A stretch of DNA of 64,000 nucleotides from Candidatus Cloacimonadales bacterium (GTDB lineage: Bacteria; Cloacimonadota; Cloacimonadia; Cloacimonadales; JAIOQZ01), in assembly GCA_963662655.2 (NCBI GenBank), contig CAXXTU010000002.1, forward strand, positions 2,048,001-2,112,000, given 5' to 3'. Of this stretch, positions 7,614 through 17,854 are shown in pieces. The notes beneath the pieces were generated by a model. That model did no database searches. It was not told the origin of the DNA and saw only the letters and a program-made list of their open reading frames with translations. The translations under genes were made by a program, and so were the position numbers. How positions within the stretch are numbered: position 1 is the first letter of the stretch; every line of letters starts with the position of its first letter.

Positions 7614-9731
7614 TTATTTCTGTTCTTCTTCTTCTTCAGGTTCTTCAGGAGTTTCTTCCGAAACTTCTTCCTCAACCTCTTCCACAGATTCTTCAGCAAC
7701 CTCTTCCTCAGCCTCTTCCACAGATTCTTCAGCAACTTCTTCCATTTCTTCAGTTACTTCAACCGCCTCTTCAGCAGCGATTTCTTCCATTGCTTCTACC
7801 GCGTCTTCAGTAGGATCGTCGAACCTGGTGTCATTGGCGTCTTCCTCGTAAGGATAATCGTCGATGACGTGCTCTTCTTCCTCTTTAGCAGTCTGGTCTT
7901 TCGCGCGTTTCTTGGCAGCTTTGTTTTCTTCGCGCTTCTGAGCGGCTTCCTTGCGTTCCTGGATGCGCTCTTCGTGTTCACGAAGGAACTCTGCCTTTTC
8001 TTCGCGCGCTCTTCCAAAGAAGAAGGCCTTCACGCTGAGGATGAGACGCCGGTTTTCGGTGTCGAGCTCGATGACCTTCAGCGGAAGTTCCTCGCCGATA
8101 TCAAAAGCGAACTGAAGCTTGTCGATGCGTGGGATCGCCAGATGTGACATCGGGACGAATCCTTCCACGACGGAACCGTTCGCAGGAACATCTACCAGGA
8201 TTCCTTTGGGGATCAGCTTGCTGATGGTACCGGATATCTCGGTGTTGACCGGAAGCAGGTGATCCAGGTTCTCCCACGGATCGTCATGCATTTGCTTCAC
8301 ACCAAGAGCGATACGATGGAGCGCTTTATCGATGGAAAGCACTTTCGCTTCCACTTCCTGACCTACGCGGTACACTTCCTTCGGGTGGTAGATACGCTTG
8401 GTCCAGGAGATATCCGAAATATGCACCAGACCGTCGATATCGTCTTCGATCTCCACGAATACGCCAAACGGAGTAATACTCTTGATCTTACGCGTGATGA
8501 TCGTACCGATGGGGTAACGTTCGTCGATCGTAAGCCATGGGTTTGCTTCCATCTGCTTCATACCGAGAGAGATGCGTTGATCTTCCTTGGAAACGGAGAG
8601 CACGATCGCGTTGATCGAGTCGCCGGTCTTCAGAATCTGATTCGGGTGATTGATCTTCTTGGTCCATGACATTTCCGATACATGAACCAGGCCTTCGACG
8701 CCCGGCTCGAGTTCGATGAATGCACCGTAGTTGGTTATATTCACGACCTTGCCGCTAACCTTCGTTCCTTCGGGATATTTCGCTTCGATATTCTCCCATG
8801 GATGCGGCACGAGCTGTTTCAGGCCAAGCGACACGCGATCGGTGTCTTCATCGAAGCCGATCACTTTGACTTTCAGCCTGTCGCCGATGTTGAGCATTTC
8901 GGACGGATGTTTGATCCTGCCGTAGGACATGTCCGTGATGTGCAGAAGCCCGTCGATTCCACCGAGGTCGATGAATGCGCCGTAGTCGGTGATATTCTTG
9001 ACTTCGCCGTCAAGCTCAGCGTTGAGCTGAATCTTATCCCGCAATTCACCTTTCCTCTTCTCGAGGTCTTGTTCCAAAACTTGCTTCCTGGAGACAATGA
9101 TGTTACGGCGGTCTTCATCCAGCTTGATGATCAGGAAGTCGCTTTCTTTCCCGATGAACTGATCAAGATTCGGAATCGGCTTGAGTGATATCTGAGATCC
9201 GGGCAGGAATGCTTCCAGACCCATGATTTCAGCAATCATACCACCTTTGACACGACGCTTGAGAACACCGGTGACTGTTTTGTGGCTCTTATACATTTCT
9301 TTCAGCTCTTCGAGATGACGGAAGAAATCGGCTTTCTTCTTGGAAAGCTTCACTTTTCCTTCACCATCTTCGATCGCGTTGATAAAAACCATCACCTTGG
9401 AATGTCGCTTCGGAAGATCCGTATTGGTGAACTCGCCGATCGGGATGGTTCCTTCTGACTTGAAACCGATATCGACAAGCACTTCCTTCTCGCTGATCTC
9501 CACAACTTCACCTTCGATAATCTGCCCTGGTTTGTAGTTATTGAAGGTTTGCTCGTACATTTGCAACATCTTTTCTTCATCCGTAAGAGCTTTGGGAGCT
9601 TCTTCCTTCTTGCTTTCAACCTCTGCAGACTGCTCGGGTGTCGCTTCCGGCGTAGCCACATCCTTTTGCATTTCTTCCTGCTCGTGTGTTTCGACGATTT
9701 GTTTTTGTTCGTCATTGTCCAGATACATCAT
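7614..9731 (-). CDS. rpsA: 30S ribosomal protein S1 with long acidic C-terminal tail
   Basis: Six S1 repeats (DIGFKSEG, AFLPGSQ, YGAFIDLGGIDGLLHITDM, GVEGLVHVSEMSW). Confidence 0.97.
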   Translation of the reverse strand: MMYLDNDEQKQIVETHEQEEMQKDVATPEATPEQSAEVESKKEEAPKALTDEEKMLQMYEQTFNNYKPGQIIEGEVVEISEKEVLVDIGFKSEGTIPIGEFTNTDLPKRHSKVMVFINAIEDGEGKVKLSKKKADFFRHLEELKEMYKSHKTVTGVLKRRVKGGMIAEIMGLEAFLPGSQISLKPIPNLDQFIGKESDFLIIKLDEDRRNIIVSRKQVLEQDLEKRKGELRDKIQLNAELDGEVKNITDYGAFIDLGGIDGLLHITDMSYGRIKHPSEMLNIGDRLKVKVIGFDEDTDRVSLGLKQLVPHPWENIEAKYPEGTKVSGKVVNITNYGAFIELEPGVEGLVHVSEMSWTKKINHPNQILKTGDSINAIVLSVSKEDQRISLGMKQMEANPWLTIDERYPIGTIITRKIKSITPFGVFVEIEDDIDGLVHISDISWTKRIYHPKEVYRVGQEVEAKVLSIDKALHRIALGVKQMHDDPWENLDHLLPVNTEISGTISKLIPKGILVDVPANGSVVEGFVPMSHLAIPRIDKLQFAFDIGEELPLKVIELDTENRRLILSVKAFFFGRAREEKAEFLREHEERIQERKEAAQKREENKAAKKRAKDQTAKEEEEHVIDDYPYEEDANDTRFDDPTEDAVEAMEEIAAEEAVEVTEEMEEVAEESVEEAEEEVAEESVEEVEEEVSEETPEEPEEEEEQK

Positions 9732-10627
9732 TCCTCCTTGTAACCGGGGATATCTTCGACGTTTATAGCCTTCAAATCCCTTGCACCTATATTTTCGATT
9801 ATTTCTTTATATACATCAAGGATAATCCAGTCGGGCGTCGACGCCCCTGCGGTTATCCCTATATGTTTCTTGTTTGCAAACCACGAAGTCTCGATCTCGT
9901 CCGCGGTTTCGATGTGAAACGTTTCAGCCCAGCGCTGGCTGATTCTGGCCAGCATCTTGGTGTTCGAGCTGTTCCTTCCGCCAACGACAATCATCAGGTC
10001 ACTCTGCTTCGCCAAATGGAGCGTCGATTCCTGCCTGATGTTGGTCGCATTGCAGATCGTATTGATCAAGTGAATCTCGTCGCAGTAAGGAACCGCCTTG
10101 CTGACCAGTTCCTGCAATTTCTCGACCGACTGCGTCGTCTGCGAGACGATCCCCAGCTTGCGAAACCGCTTTTCCGTAAGCTCGGAGGCATTCGCGACGA
10201 TCGTCGCATCTCCCTGCACGTACGACTTCAGAGCGATCACTTCCGGATGCTTCGCGTCTCCGAGGATCATCACGTCATAGCCGTCCTTCTTCAACGCTTC
10301 GGCATGCCGGAACGTCTTCGACACGTACGGGCAAGTCGCATCGATGATTTTGACATCCCTCGATTTCAGCTCTTTCATCACCTCGAGCGTCACGCCGTGA
10401 GACCGGATGATCACTGTCGCTCCATCCGGAATCTCCTCAAGCGAATCAATGTGATCGACTCCGTGCGACCTGAGTTTCTCCACCATCTGCGGATTGTGAA
10501 TGATCGGGCCCAGCGTGACAATCCTGTCACTGCTGGTAGTGGCTTCAATCGCCATATTTATCGCGCGCTTCACACCGAAACAGAATCCGGAGTTCCGCGC
10601 GAGCTTTACACTAATTTCCGAGCTCAT
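9728..10627 (-). CDS. ispH: 4-hydroxy-3-methylbut-2-enyl diphosphate reductase
   Basis: GFCFGVKRA, DATCPYV, NTICNAT, SSNT, GITAGASTP. Confidence 0.97.
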   Translation of the reverse strand: MSSEISVKLARNSGFCFGVKRAINMAIEATTSSDRIVTLGPIIHNPQMVEKLRSHGVDHIDSLEEIPDGATVIIRSHGVTLEVMKELKSRDVKIIDATCPYVSKTFRHAEALKKDGYDVMILGDAKHPEVIALKSYVQGDATIVANASELTEKRFRKLGIVSQTTQSVEKLQELVSKAVPYCDEIHLINTICNATNIRQESTLHLAKQSDLMIVVGGRNSSNTKMLARISQRWAETFHIETADEIETSWFANKKHIGITAGASTPDWIILDVYKEIIENIGARDLKAINVEDIPGYKEE

Positions 10628-11255
10628 TGATACGATCCAGAATCATCTCCGAAAGCGCACGATAGCCGTCTTTCGTGTCGGGATATTCGGAAACCTTCTC
10701 GACCGGGATGGTTTCACCCACGATGATCCGAAGCTTCTTTACTCGAAAGAAACATCCCAACAACTTCTGCGTGTTCTCGATCTTCACGGGTATGATGGGC
10801 TTCTGCGAGCTTATCGCGACCATTCCGATGCCTGGCCTCGCCTTGAACTTCTTCCTGCTGCCTTCCGGAAAGATTAAAACGGAACCGCCCTGTTCCAGAC
10901 GCTCCAGAACCGTGTTGGTTGAATGACGATCGATCATTCCCCTGCGGATCGGGATTGCGTTCACACCGTGGAATATCTTCCCGAGCAGTGGATTCGCGAA
11001 TATCTCGCTCTTCGCAAGATAGCTGATTTCATAAGGAATAACCGAACCGATAAACGGCGGATCTGGATACGCCAGATGGTTCGAGGCGATAATGGCGTTT
11101 TCAGTATGCAAAAATCGTTCCCGATTTATAACTTTACCACCATAAACGATGAAAAAGAAGAAACGGAATATTGCCTGAATGCTTCCGTAAACTGCCCTCG
11201 GTTTACCGCCAAATCTTTCTAAGGTTTTGTCGTCCACTTTGTTATCGCTTTTCAC
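10611..11255 (-). CDS. plsC: 1-acyl-sn-glycerol-3-phosphate acyltransferase
   Basis: NHLAYPD (NHxxxxD), LAKSE, IFPEGSR; position between cmk and ispH. Confidence 0.9.
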   Translation of the reverse strand: MKSDNKVDDKTLERFGGKPRAVYGSIQAIFRFFFFIVYGGKVINRERFLHTENAIIASNHLAYPDPPFIGSVIPYEISYLAKSEIFANPLLGKIFHGVNAIPIRRGMIDRHSTNTVLERLEQGGSVLIFPEGSRKKFKARPGIGMVAISSQKPIIPVKIENTQKLLGCFFRVKKLRIIVGETIPVEKVSEYPDTKDGYRALSEMILDRINELGN

Positions 11256-11925
11256 AATGATCTTTTATATATTGATAAAGAACTTTTACCTGCTCATCGA
11301 TCGTTAAATCCGAGGTATCCACCCGGATGGCGTCGTCCGCTTGCCTCAGCGGAGCAATCTCGCGACTGCTGTCGTTACGATCCCGCCACTCGAGCTCTTC
11401 CTCGATCTTATCGAGCGGTGTATCCACGCCTTTGTCGAGAAGCTCTTTCCAGCGCCTCTTCGCCCGTGTGCGAACATCGGCCGTCATGAAGAACTTAAAA
11501 TCGGCATTCGGGAAAACCACGGTGCCGATGTCTCTTCCATCCATGATCACGCCGCCGTTGAGTCCGAGAGCGCGCTGCAAGTCCACCATTCTCTCCCTCA
11601 CGACTCCGATTACAGCAATCTCTGAAGCCAGCCGAGAGATATGTTCCTTGCGTATCTCGCCCGTCACGTCCTCGCCATCGAGAATCAGGCGATTACCGTC
11701 CGTCTGGTAGCGGATGTCGATCGATATCGAATTTAGCATTTCGGTGAGAGCGTCAACATCCGTAAGCTTGATGTTATCGTTGTGCGAGCGCAAAGCACAA
11801 GCTCTGTACATAGCGCCCGTATCGATGTAAACGTATGCCAGTTCAGCAGCTAGTTTACGCGCCGTTGTGCTCTTTCCCGAAGATGCGGGCCCATCTATTG
11901 CAATAATATACTTTCTTTCATTCAT
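11242..11925 (-). CDS. cmk: Cytidylate kinase
   Basis: IAIDGPASSGKST, DTGAMYR, MDGRDIGTVVFP. Confidence 0.97.
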   Translation of the reverse strand: MNERKYIIAIDGPASSGKSTTARKLAAELAYVYIDTGAMYRACALRSHNDNIKLTDVDALTEMLNSISIDIRYQTDGNRLILDGEDVTGEIRKEHISRLASEIAVIGVVRERMVDLQRALGLNGGVIMDGRDIGTVVFPNADFKFFMTADVRTRAKRRWKELLDKGVDTPLDKIEEELEWRDRNDSSREIAPLRQADDAIRVDTSDLTIDEQVKVLYQYIKDHCEKR

Positions 11926-12225
11926 ACCATTTTTCCAGTGAAAAGCAATTTGCTTTATTCGTCTATATTCGTCAATATTTTTTTAGAAACGCCTGAAATT
12001 GCACGGAAATAAGAACCTTTACGGTCGCCAGAAAACGCTTGATTCACCGCAAACGGCGATCTTCCGGGTGCCGCAAAAATTCCGTTGAAACCTCGCAACA
12101 AATGAATCCCACGCAATATTTTCAACTACTCTCGCGGTACAATCTCGTGTTAAATCTTCGTGAAGCAGCGATTTTACTTTACTCATTTTTGCACATATTG
12201 TATTTTTCCGTTCAGGAGAATTTTT

Positions 12226-13524
12226 ATGAGCCACATCGACGATTTGAAGAAGCAGTTACAGGATTCCGAAGGCGCCCAGCGCTTGCAGATATTGAACGAT
12301 CTGTGCTACGAATGCTGGTACAGCAACCCCGAAACAGGGGTGGTTTTCGGCAAGGAGGCTATCGCGCTGGCGCAATCCCTCAACATTCCCAAGGCAATAG
12401 CCAAGGCGCATTACCTGACATCGACCAACCTCGTACAGAACGGTGAGCCTGAGGCGGCTATCGATCATGGCCTGAAATCGTTGTGGCTTTACGAGGAAAT
12501 CGACTTCGAAGAGGGGATCGGCGATGCGCTGAACAACCTCGGGATGATCTACAAAACGATCGGGCAGCACGAGAAAGCGCTCGACTACATGCTTCAGGCT
12601 ATCCCTTACTACAACAAGAAGGAAAACCAGGCTCATCTGCGAAACACCTACAACAACATCGGAACCTGTTACCAGGATTTGAAAAAGCTCGATCCAGCAA
12701 AAAAATTCCTCGGGATCGCTCTCGGCCTTTCTCAATTGATCGGAGACGAGCGTTTCACAGCGCGGATATTCAATAATTTCGGAATCATTCAGGCGATGGA
12801 AGGCGATCTGGATGGGGCCATCGCCTATTTCAGGCAAGCGATCGAGATCAAAGAAAGCCTCGACGACAAAACGGGGATCGTCTCCACCCTGCACAACCTG
12901 GGCATTTGCTGCCTGCGGAACAACGATCCCGAAGGAACCAGGAAGTACTACCAGAAAGCGCTCGATCTTTCGGAAGAGCTCCACGCAAAGGATTTGATCT
13001 GGCGATGCAAACACGCCTTCTTCGAACTCCACTATCAGATGGACGAGCACTCGAAAGCGCTGGAGTATCTCCTCGAGGCTACATCACTCAAGGAGCAGGT
13101 CATCAACGAGAAAAGCAACCAGCGAATCGTGGAGCTCCACAAAAAATACGAGAGCGAGAAAAGAGACAAGGAAGCCGAGATATTCCGGCTGAAGAACATC
13201 GAACTCGCCGAGGCCAATCGCAAGCTCAAGCAGACACAGGAAGAATTGATCGAGCTCGAGAGAAAAGGCGCGGTGCTGGCCATGGCTGTCACGGCGAACC
13301 ACGAGATCAATCAACCCCTCATGGTGTGCCGCGGGAATCTTGAGATGCTCACCGATTCCATGGAAGCTCCGGACGATAACCAGAAACGCTATCTCAATCG
13401 TATCTCTCTGGGGCTCGATAAAATCCAGGCGATCCTGGAGGCATTCAGGCGGGAGAATATCCGCTACGAGGAATACAGCGAAGACGTTCAGATGGTTATC
13501 TTCGAGGAAGAGGAAAGCAAGTAG
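12226..13524 (+). CDS. TPR-repeat protein with coiled coil and C-terminal HisKA-like H-box, no HATPase domain
   Basis: Repeated xNNLG/NNIG/HNLG TPR units; ANHEINQPL H-box; protein ends ~70 aa later; AGGAG RBS before ATG 12226. Confidence 0.8.
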   Translation: MSHIDDLKKQLQDSEGAQRLQILNDLCYECWYSNPETGVVFGKEAIALAQSLNIPKAIAKAHYLTSTNLVQNGEPEAAIDHGLKSLWLYEEIDFEEGIGDALNNLGMIYKTIGQHEKALDYMLQAIPYYNKKENQAHLRNTYNNIGTCYQDLKKLDPAKKFLGIALGLSQLIGDERFTARIFNNFGIIQAMEGDLDGAIAYFRQAIEIKESLDDKTGIVSTLHNLGICCLRNNDPEGTRKYYQKALDLSEELHAKDLIWRCKHAFFELHYQMDEHSKALEYLLEATSLKEQVINEKSNQRIVELHKKYESEKRDKEAEIFRLKNIELAEANRKLKQTQEELIELERKGAVLAMAVTANHEINQPLMVCRGNLEMLTDSMEAPDDNQKRYLNRISLGLDKIQAILEAFRRENIRYEEYSEDVQMVIFEEEESK

Positions 13525-13646
13525 AAAATAACAAGTACCATCACCTTTCACAACCAAAACCAACCATACATTACCCTATACCCATAAATTTCTTGACATC
13601 TCATTAATTAATAGGCGTATTTTAAGCGAATTATATGGAGGGTAAT

Positions 13647-14072
13647 ATGAAAACACCATGGGCATTTGCATTCATGTTTCTTGCTGTCTTGCTGGCGGCG
13701 GAAATGCAGTTCACACAGCGGAACACGATCCCGGTCGCTGGAGACGAATTCTCTTATGCCGAGATCAAGAGCTACCAGGACGAAGACCGGATTCTGGTAT
13801 ATTCGCAGACAGCCGAAGAAGTTGTTATCACGGTCTGCGATCTGGAAGGCAACACCATCGAGAATCACGCAATTGCCATGAGCGACAGCACGCTGGAAAG
13901 GAAGATGAGTTGTTTTGAACATGGAGGCACGCCATATCTCGTTATGAACAAGGTGATTACCGATCCAAAAGAATATGACGAAGACGATTGGGAGCAGATA
14001 AGACACTACTGTGTAGACATCTTCAATCTGGATGACGGAGAACGTATCTTTCCGCATATATCGGCTCAATGA
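13647..14072 (+). pseudogene. N-terminal part (with signal peptide) of a probably frameshifted secreted protein
   Basis: GGAGG RBS, signal peptide MKTPWAFAFMFLAVLLAA; TGA overlaps the ATG of the next ORF, which lacks a signal peptide. Confidence 0.55.
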
Positions 14073-15190
14073 GGAGTTATTACATCATATACTTTTCAGG
14101 AAGTGCAAGCCTGAGCAGCATTCCCACAGCGCTGCAACCGGTCACGTACATGGGAGACCAGTATAGAGAAGTTCTGCGAATACCTTTCAGGCACGATTAT
14201 GGCGCTTCCTCATACGATGAAGTCGCCTTTTCAGAGAGTTCTAGAGATTACTTCACCTATCAAATCATCTTCGATCCGGAGAATATTCAACTCCAGTTTA
14301 TTGCTAATCAAGGACTGGACACCATTCTAGGCGTTGATCCTGAATATCCCACCGTGACTACTGGAATGAGGGCGTCCGCATACAATCATGGCGACATGGA
14401 CGAGGGTGCAAGCGTCTCGAAATACCTCTATTCAGATCATCTCATCGAATCCGCAAACCAGAGCTCATGGTGTTCGTACAGCTTCCAGTTTTACAAAAAA
14501 GTACGTTACCAACTCCTGTCCGACAACTACCCTAATTGGCCGCAATCCATTACATACCTGTCTATCGACTCAGGACCGATGGCTCCGACCTTCAATGAGA
14601 TTGACATGTCCGGGAATCTTATCTGGTCTGATTCGTTGAGCTATCTGGATGAGGAAGTGCTCATATCCGGTATTTGCGAATCGAGCTGTTTCCGGGGCAA
14701 TAACAATGAGCCATATACCATCTATTTCGCTCCCGGCACTGGCGCATGGGAAGTCAGGAATCGCCTGAGCGGATCGATCGACGGGCACGGCGAAGCCCCG
14801 TTCGTTCCCGCGAACATCGAGCGAATTGGCGACAACACACTCATCTTTCTCGCTGCCGACAGCCTGGGCGTCGAAGTATGGTACGGCAGTTACACGGTTG
14901 GCGTGAACGATCCCTGCCAAATTCCAGCTCCTCAATTGACTGCGAAATGCTACCCCAACCCGTTCAATCCCGAAACGACGATCTCTTACAGTATTCCCGA
15001 AAAAGGCACTGTTGAGATTGATGTGTATAATGTTAGAGGACAGAAGGTTGCATCGCTATTGCATGAGACGCAAGATGCCGGTGAACATGAAGTTGTCTGG
15101 GACGCGAACGACCAGGCCAGCGGCATCTATTTCATCCGACTGCGAACCGCCGGTGAAACCCGTATCAACAAGGCGTTGTTGCTGAAATAA
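14069..15190 (+). pseudogene. C-terminal part of the same secreted protein, carrying the sorting-like domain
   Basis: YPNPFNPETTISY...SGIYFIRL...NKALLLK; no signal peptide; frame is open upstream only to 14036. Confidence 0.6.
14953..15088 (+). repeat. 136-bp direct repeat, copy 1 (sorting-domain coding segment)
   Basis: Matches 17601-17736 with 3 mismatches by manual alignment. Confidence 0.9.
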
Positions 15191-15267
15191 AACTTACCAT
15201 GAGTTTCCCCTTCTCCCCCTCTTCATTTCGAAGAGGGGGTTGGGGGGAGTTTCCCAAGGAGTCCCTC

Positions 15268-17853
15268 ATGCGAAACATGATCCTGATTCTGTTGCTCGCA
15301 CTTTTCTCGTTAATGGACGCGACCACCCTTATCGTAGCCCAGGACGGCAGCGGTGACTACACTGATATCCAATCTGCAATTAACGTTTCTGCCGATGGCG
15401 ACACCGTTCTTGTTCACCCAGGAACCTACTACGAGAACGTCACCTACGACGGTCACAACATCACCCTCGCAAGCCTGGAGCTGACTACTGGCGATTCCCA
15501 GTACATCCATACTACCATCATCGACGGGAATCATCAGAACAGTTGCGTGCGTATCATTGGAGCGTATGGAGGTGCAACATTAAGGGGTTTTACCCTTATT
15601 CATGGCTCAGGAAGTCCTTATTATAATGGAACAACAACAGGAGGAGGAGGCGTTTTTGCATACTCGACTGGAGATGTACAGCTGATTAACTGCCAAATCA
15701 AATACAATGCAGCAACTCATGGTGGGGGAGCGTTCTTCTATTACTCAGGTGGTGTATTTTTATCAGGGACTTCAATTCATGATAATCAAGGATCTCCAGG
15801 AGGACTTTTTTTCAACGATCAAATTGATCCCATTGAATTTGATGCTGAAAATTACTGTTGTGTTTACAATAACTGGGGGGCATCTCCAGATATATATTGT
15901 ATGAATATAAACGAATGTCATGTTATTCTTGATACTTTTTCAGTAGTTCAGCCGCAACATTATTATGCAAATTATGGATGGTGGCGAACCGCGTACGAAA
16001 ATCATGATCCCTATTCATTCGATATCCAGCATGGTTATTTGGAACCTATAAATCATGACCTATACGTCTCGCCCAATGGGAACGATAATAATGATGGATT
16101 ATCAGTAGCAACTCCACTGAAAAATATTGCTGTTGCATTGCATCGTATTGAATCGGACAGTCTAAATCCCAAAACGGTTCATCTTGCGGAAGGAACATAT
16201 AATCTTTGGGATGGCGAGTGCTACTATATGGTTGTGATAAAACAATATGTGAACATTATTGGCTCGGGAATGGAGTTAACTATCATTGACGCCAATGGCT
16301 ATAATTGTGCGGCCAGTATGTTACGAGAGAGTGGCGACAACCTTTTGAAAGATTTTTGCGTACAGGGAGTCAGTACTCAATCAAACAGTGCTGCGATTAA
16401 CTGTTATCGGTCAGCGAATACAATATTTCGTAATTTGATTGTTCGCAATAATACCACAGACAGTCACGCAGGGCACCATTTCAACCATGGAGAGAATGTT
16501 CTGTACCAGAACGTTCATTTTCTGGGCAATGTAAGTACAGGCTGGTATGGTGGTATGGAGTTCGAGGGAAAAGATGTAACTTTCGATGGATGTGTGTTCG
16601 ATGGAAATATTGCTGGTGGGTACGAAGAAGTAGCAAGGTCTGCGTTGTACTGTGACTATATCCAGGGTGATTTAATCCTTCGCAATTGCATCTTTCGCAA
16701 CAACGGGAGTTCTGGGAATTCACAGGATGATCGGATCGTATTGTTGGATTTACACCCCCTTTACGAAGAAGAGAGTCGTATCATCGTAGAGAATAATCTC
16801 TTCTATAATAACGAATTGGAGAATGGTATAATCTTCAGGGTTACCAATGGCGAAGGAGAAGCCCATTTTGCAGGTAACACCTTCGTGAACAATTCAACGC
16901 CGGTTGCGATCCTTTCGCAATATGGCGGAGGTGAATATTATAACAACATTGTCTGGGATAACCACGATTATGAATATCTGTTCAGTATCAGCGACGCAGC
17001 TCCGTATAACGATGTCATTCTCGATTACAACGATATCGAAGACGGGCTCGAAAATGTATATCATTATAACGGCTCAGCATATCTTCTCTGGGGCGAGCAC
17101 AATCTCGACATCGATCCGCAATTCTCAAGTCAGTTCGGCTACGAATACATGTTGAGCGCGGATTCGCCTCTGATCGATCAGGGGCAGCCCGAGCCCTGGG
17201 AAGAGTTGTTTCCGTATGATCTCATCGGCAACGAGCGCATCTGGGACGGCGATGGTGATGACATCGCACGGCTGGACATCGGTTGCTGCGAATACCAGTA
17301 CATGGTGGCACCGGAGGAGCTTTCGGCTGTTCAGGAAGGTCAGGATGTCCTTCTGACCTGGGATCACCCGGTGCGCAGCCTTCATCACTGGAATGTGTAT
17401 CGGGACAGCACCTGGATCGACCTTTCTTCTCCCGAGAACGGCACGGAATACTACGATCGGGACGCCCCCACCGGAGATCACACGTACTACGTCACCGCAC
17501 AATACGGCAACATCGAATCGACACCCTCCAATACAGTGCCAATAAACGTTTTATCCGCTGAAGATGGAATACCAAAACCCGCATTTCGCCAATCCAATCA
17601 CCCCAATCCGTTCAATCCCGAAACGACGATCTCTTACAGTATTCCCGAAAAAGACACTGTTGAGATTGATGTGTATAATGTTAGAGGACAGAAGGTTGCA
17701 TCGCTATTGCATGAGACGCAAGAAGCCGGTGAACATTCTGTTGTATGGAGCGGCGAAGATAACATTGGTAAAGCCTGTTCATCAGGAATTTACTATTACA
17801 AAATCACTGCCGGATCAAGAACTACGACGAGAAAAATGCTGCTGCTGAAATAG
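15268..17853 (+). CDS. Secreted parallel beta-helix (pectin-lyase-like/DUF1565-like) protein with FN3-like and C-terminal sorting-like domains
   Basis: Signal peptide; VAQDGSGDYTDIQSAI, GDTVLVHPGTYYE, LYVSPNGNDNNDG, SPLIDQG, HPNPFNPET...RKMLLLK; AAGGAG RBS before ATG 15268. Confidence 0.85.
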   Translation: MRNMILILLLALFSLMDATTLIVAQDGSGDYTDIQSAINVSADGDTVLVHPGTYYENVTYDGHNITLASLELTTGDSQYIHTTIIDGNHQNSCVRIIGAYGGATLRGFTLIHGSGSPYYNGTTTGGGGVFAYSTGDVQLINCQIKYNAATHGGGAFFYYSGGVFLSGTSIHDNQGSPGGLFFNDQIDPIEFDAENYCCVYNNWGASPDIYCMNINECHVILDTFSVVQPQHYYANYGWWRTAYENHDPYSFDIQHGYLEPINHDLYVSPNGNDNNDGLSVATPLKNIAVALHRIESDSLNPKTVHLAEGTYNLWDGECYYMVVIKQYVNIIGSGMELTIIDANGYNCAASMLRESGDNLLKDFCVQGVSTQSNSAAINCYRSANTIFRNLIVRNNTTDSHAGHHFNHGENVLYQNVHFLGNVSTGWYGGMEFEGKDVTFDGCVFDGNIAGGYEEVARSALYCDYIQGDLILRNCIFRNNGSSGNSQDDRIVLLDLHPLYEEESRIIVENNLFYNNELENGIIFRVTNGEGEAHFAGNTFVNNSTPVAILSQYGGGEYYNNIVWDNHDYEYLFSISDAAPYNDVILDYNDIEDGLENVYHYNGSAYLLWGEHNLDIDPQFSSQFGYEYMLSADSPLIDQGQPEPWEELFPYDLIGNERIWDGDGDDIARLDIGCCEYQYMVAPEELSAVQEGQDVLLTWDHPVRSLHHWNVYRDSTWIDLSSPENGTEYYDRDAPTGDHTYYVTAQYGNIESTPSNTVPINVLSAEDGIPKPAFRQSNHPNPFNPETTISYSIPEKDTVEIDVYNVRGQKVASLLHETQEAGEHSVVWSGEDNIGKACSSGIYYYKITAGSRTTTRKMLLLK
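17601..17736 (+). repeat. 136-bp direct repeat, copy 2
   Basis: Matches 14953-15088. Confidence 0.9.
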
Positions 17854-17854
17854 A

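Noticed and set aside
9686..10630. 314-aa plus-strand ORF (likewise 48139-49107 and 50117-50992)
   Set aside because: Antisense to clear genes (ispH, hybrid kinase, YkgJ/secreted protein)
14070..14072. Selenocysteine or stop read-through at TGA
   Set aside because: The downstream ORF is in a different frame
14953..17736. DGR template/variable repeat pair
   Set aside because: Only 3 differences, not all at adenines, both copies coding, and no reverse transcriptase in the window
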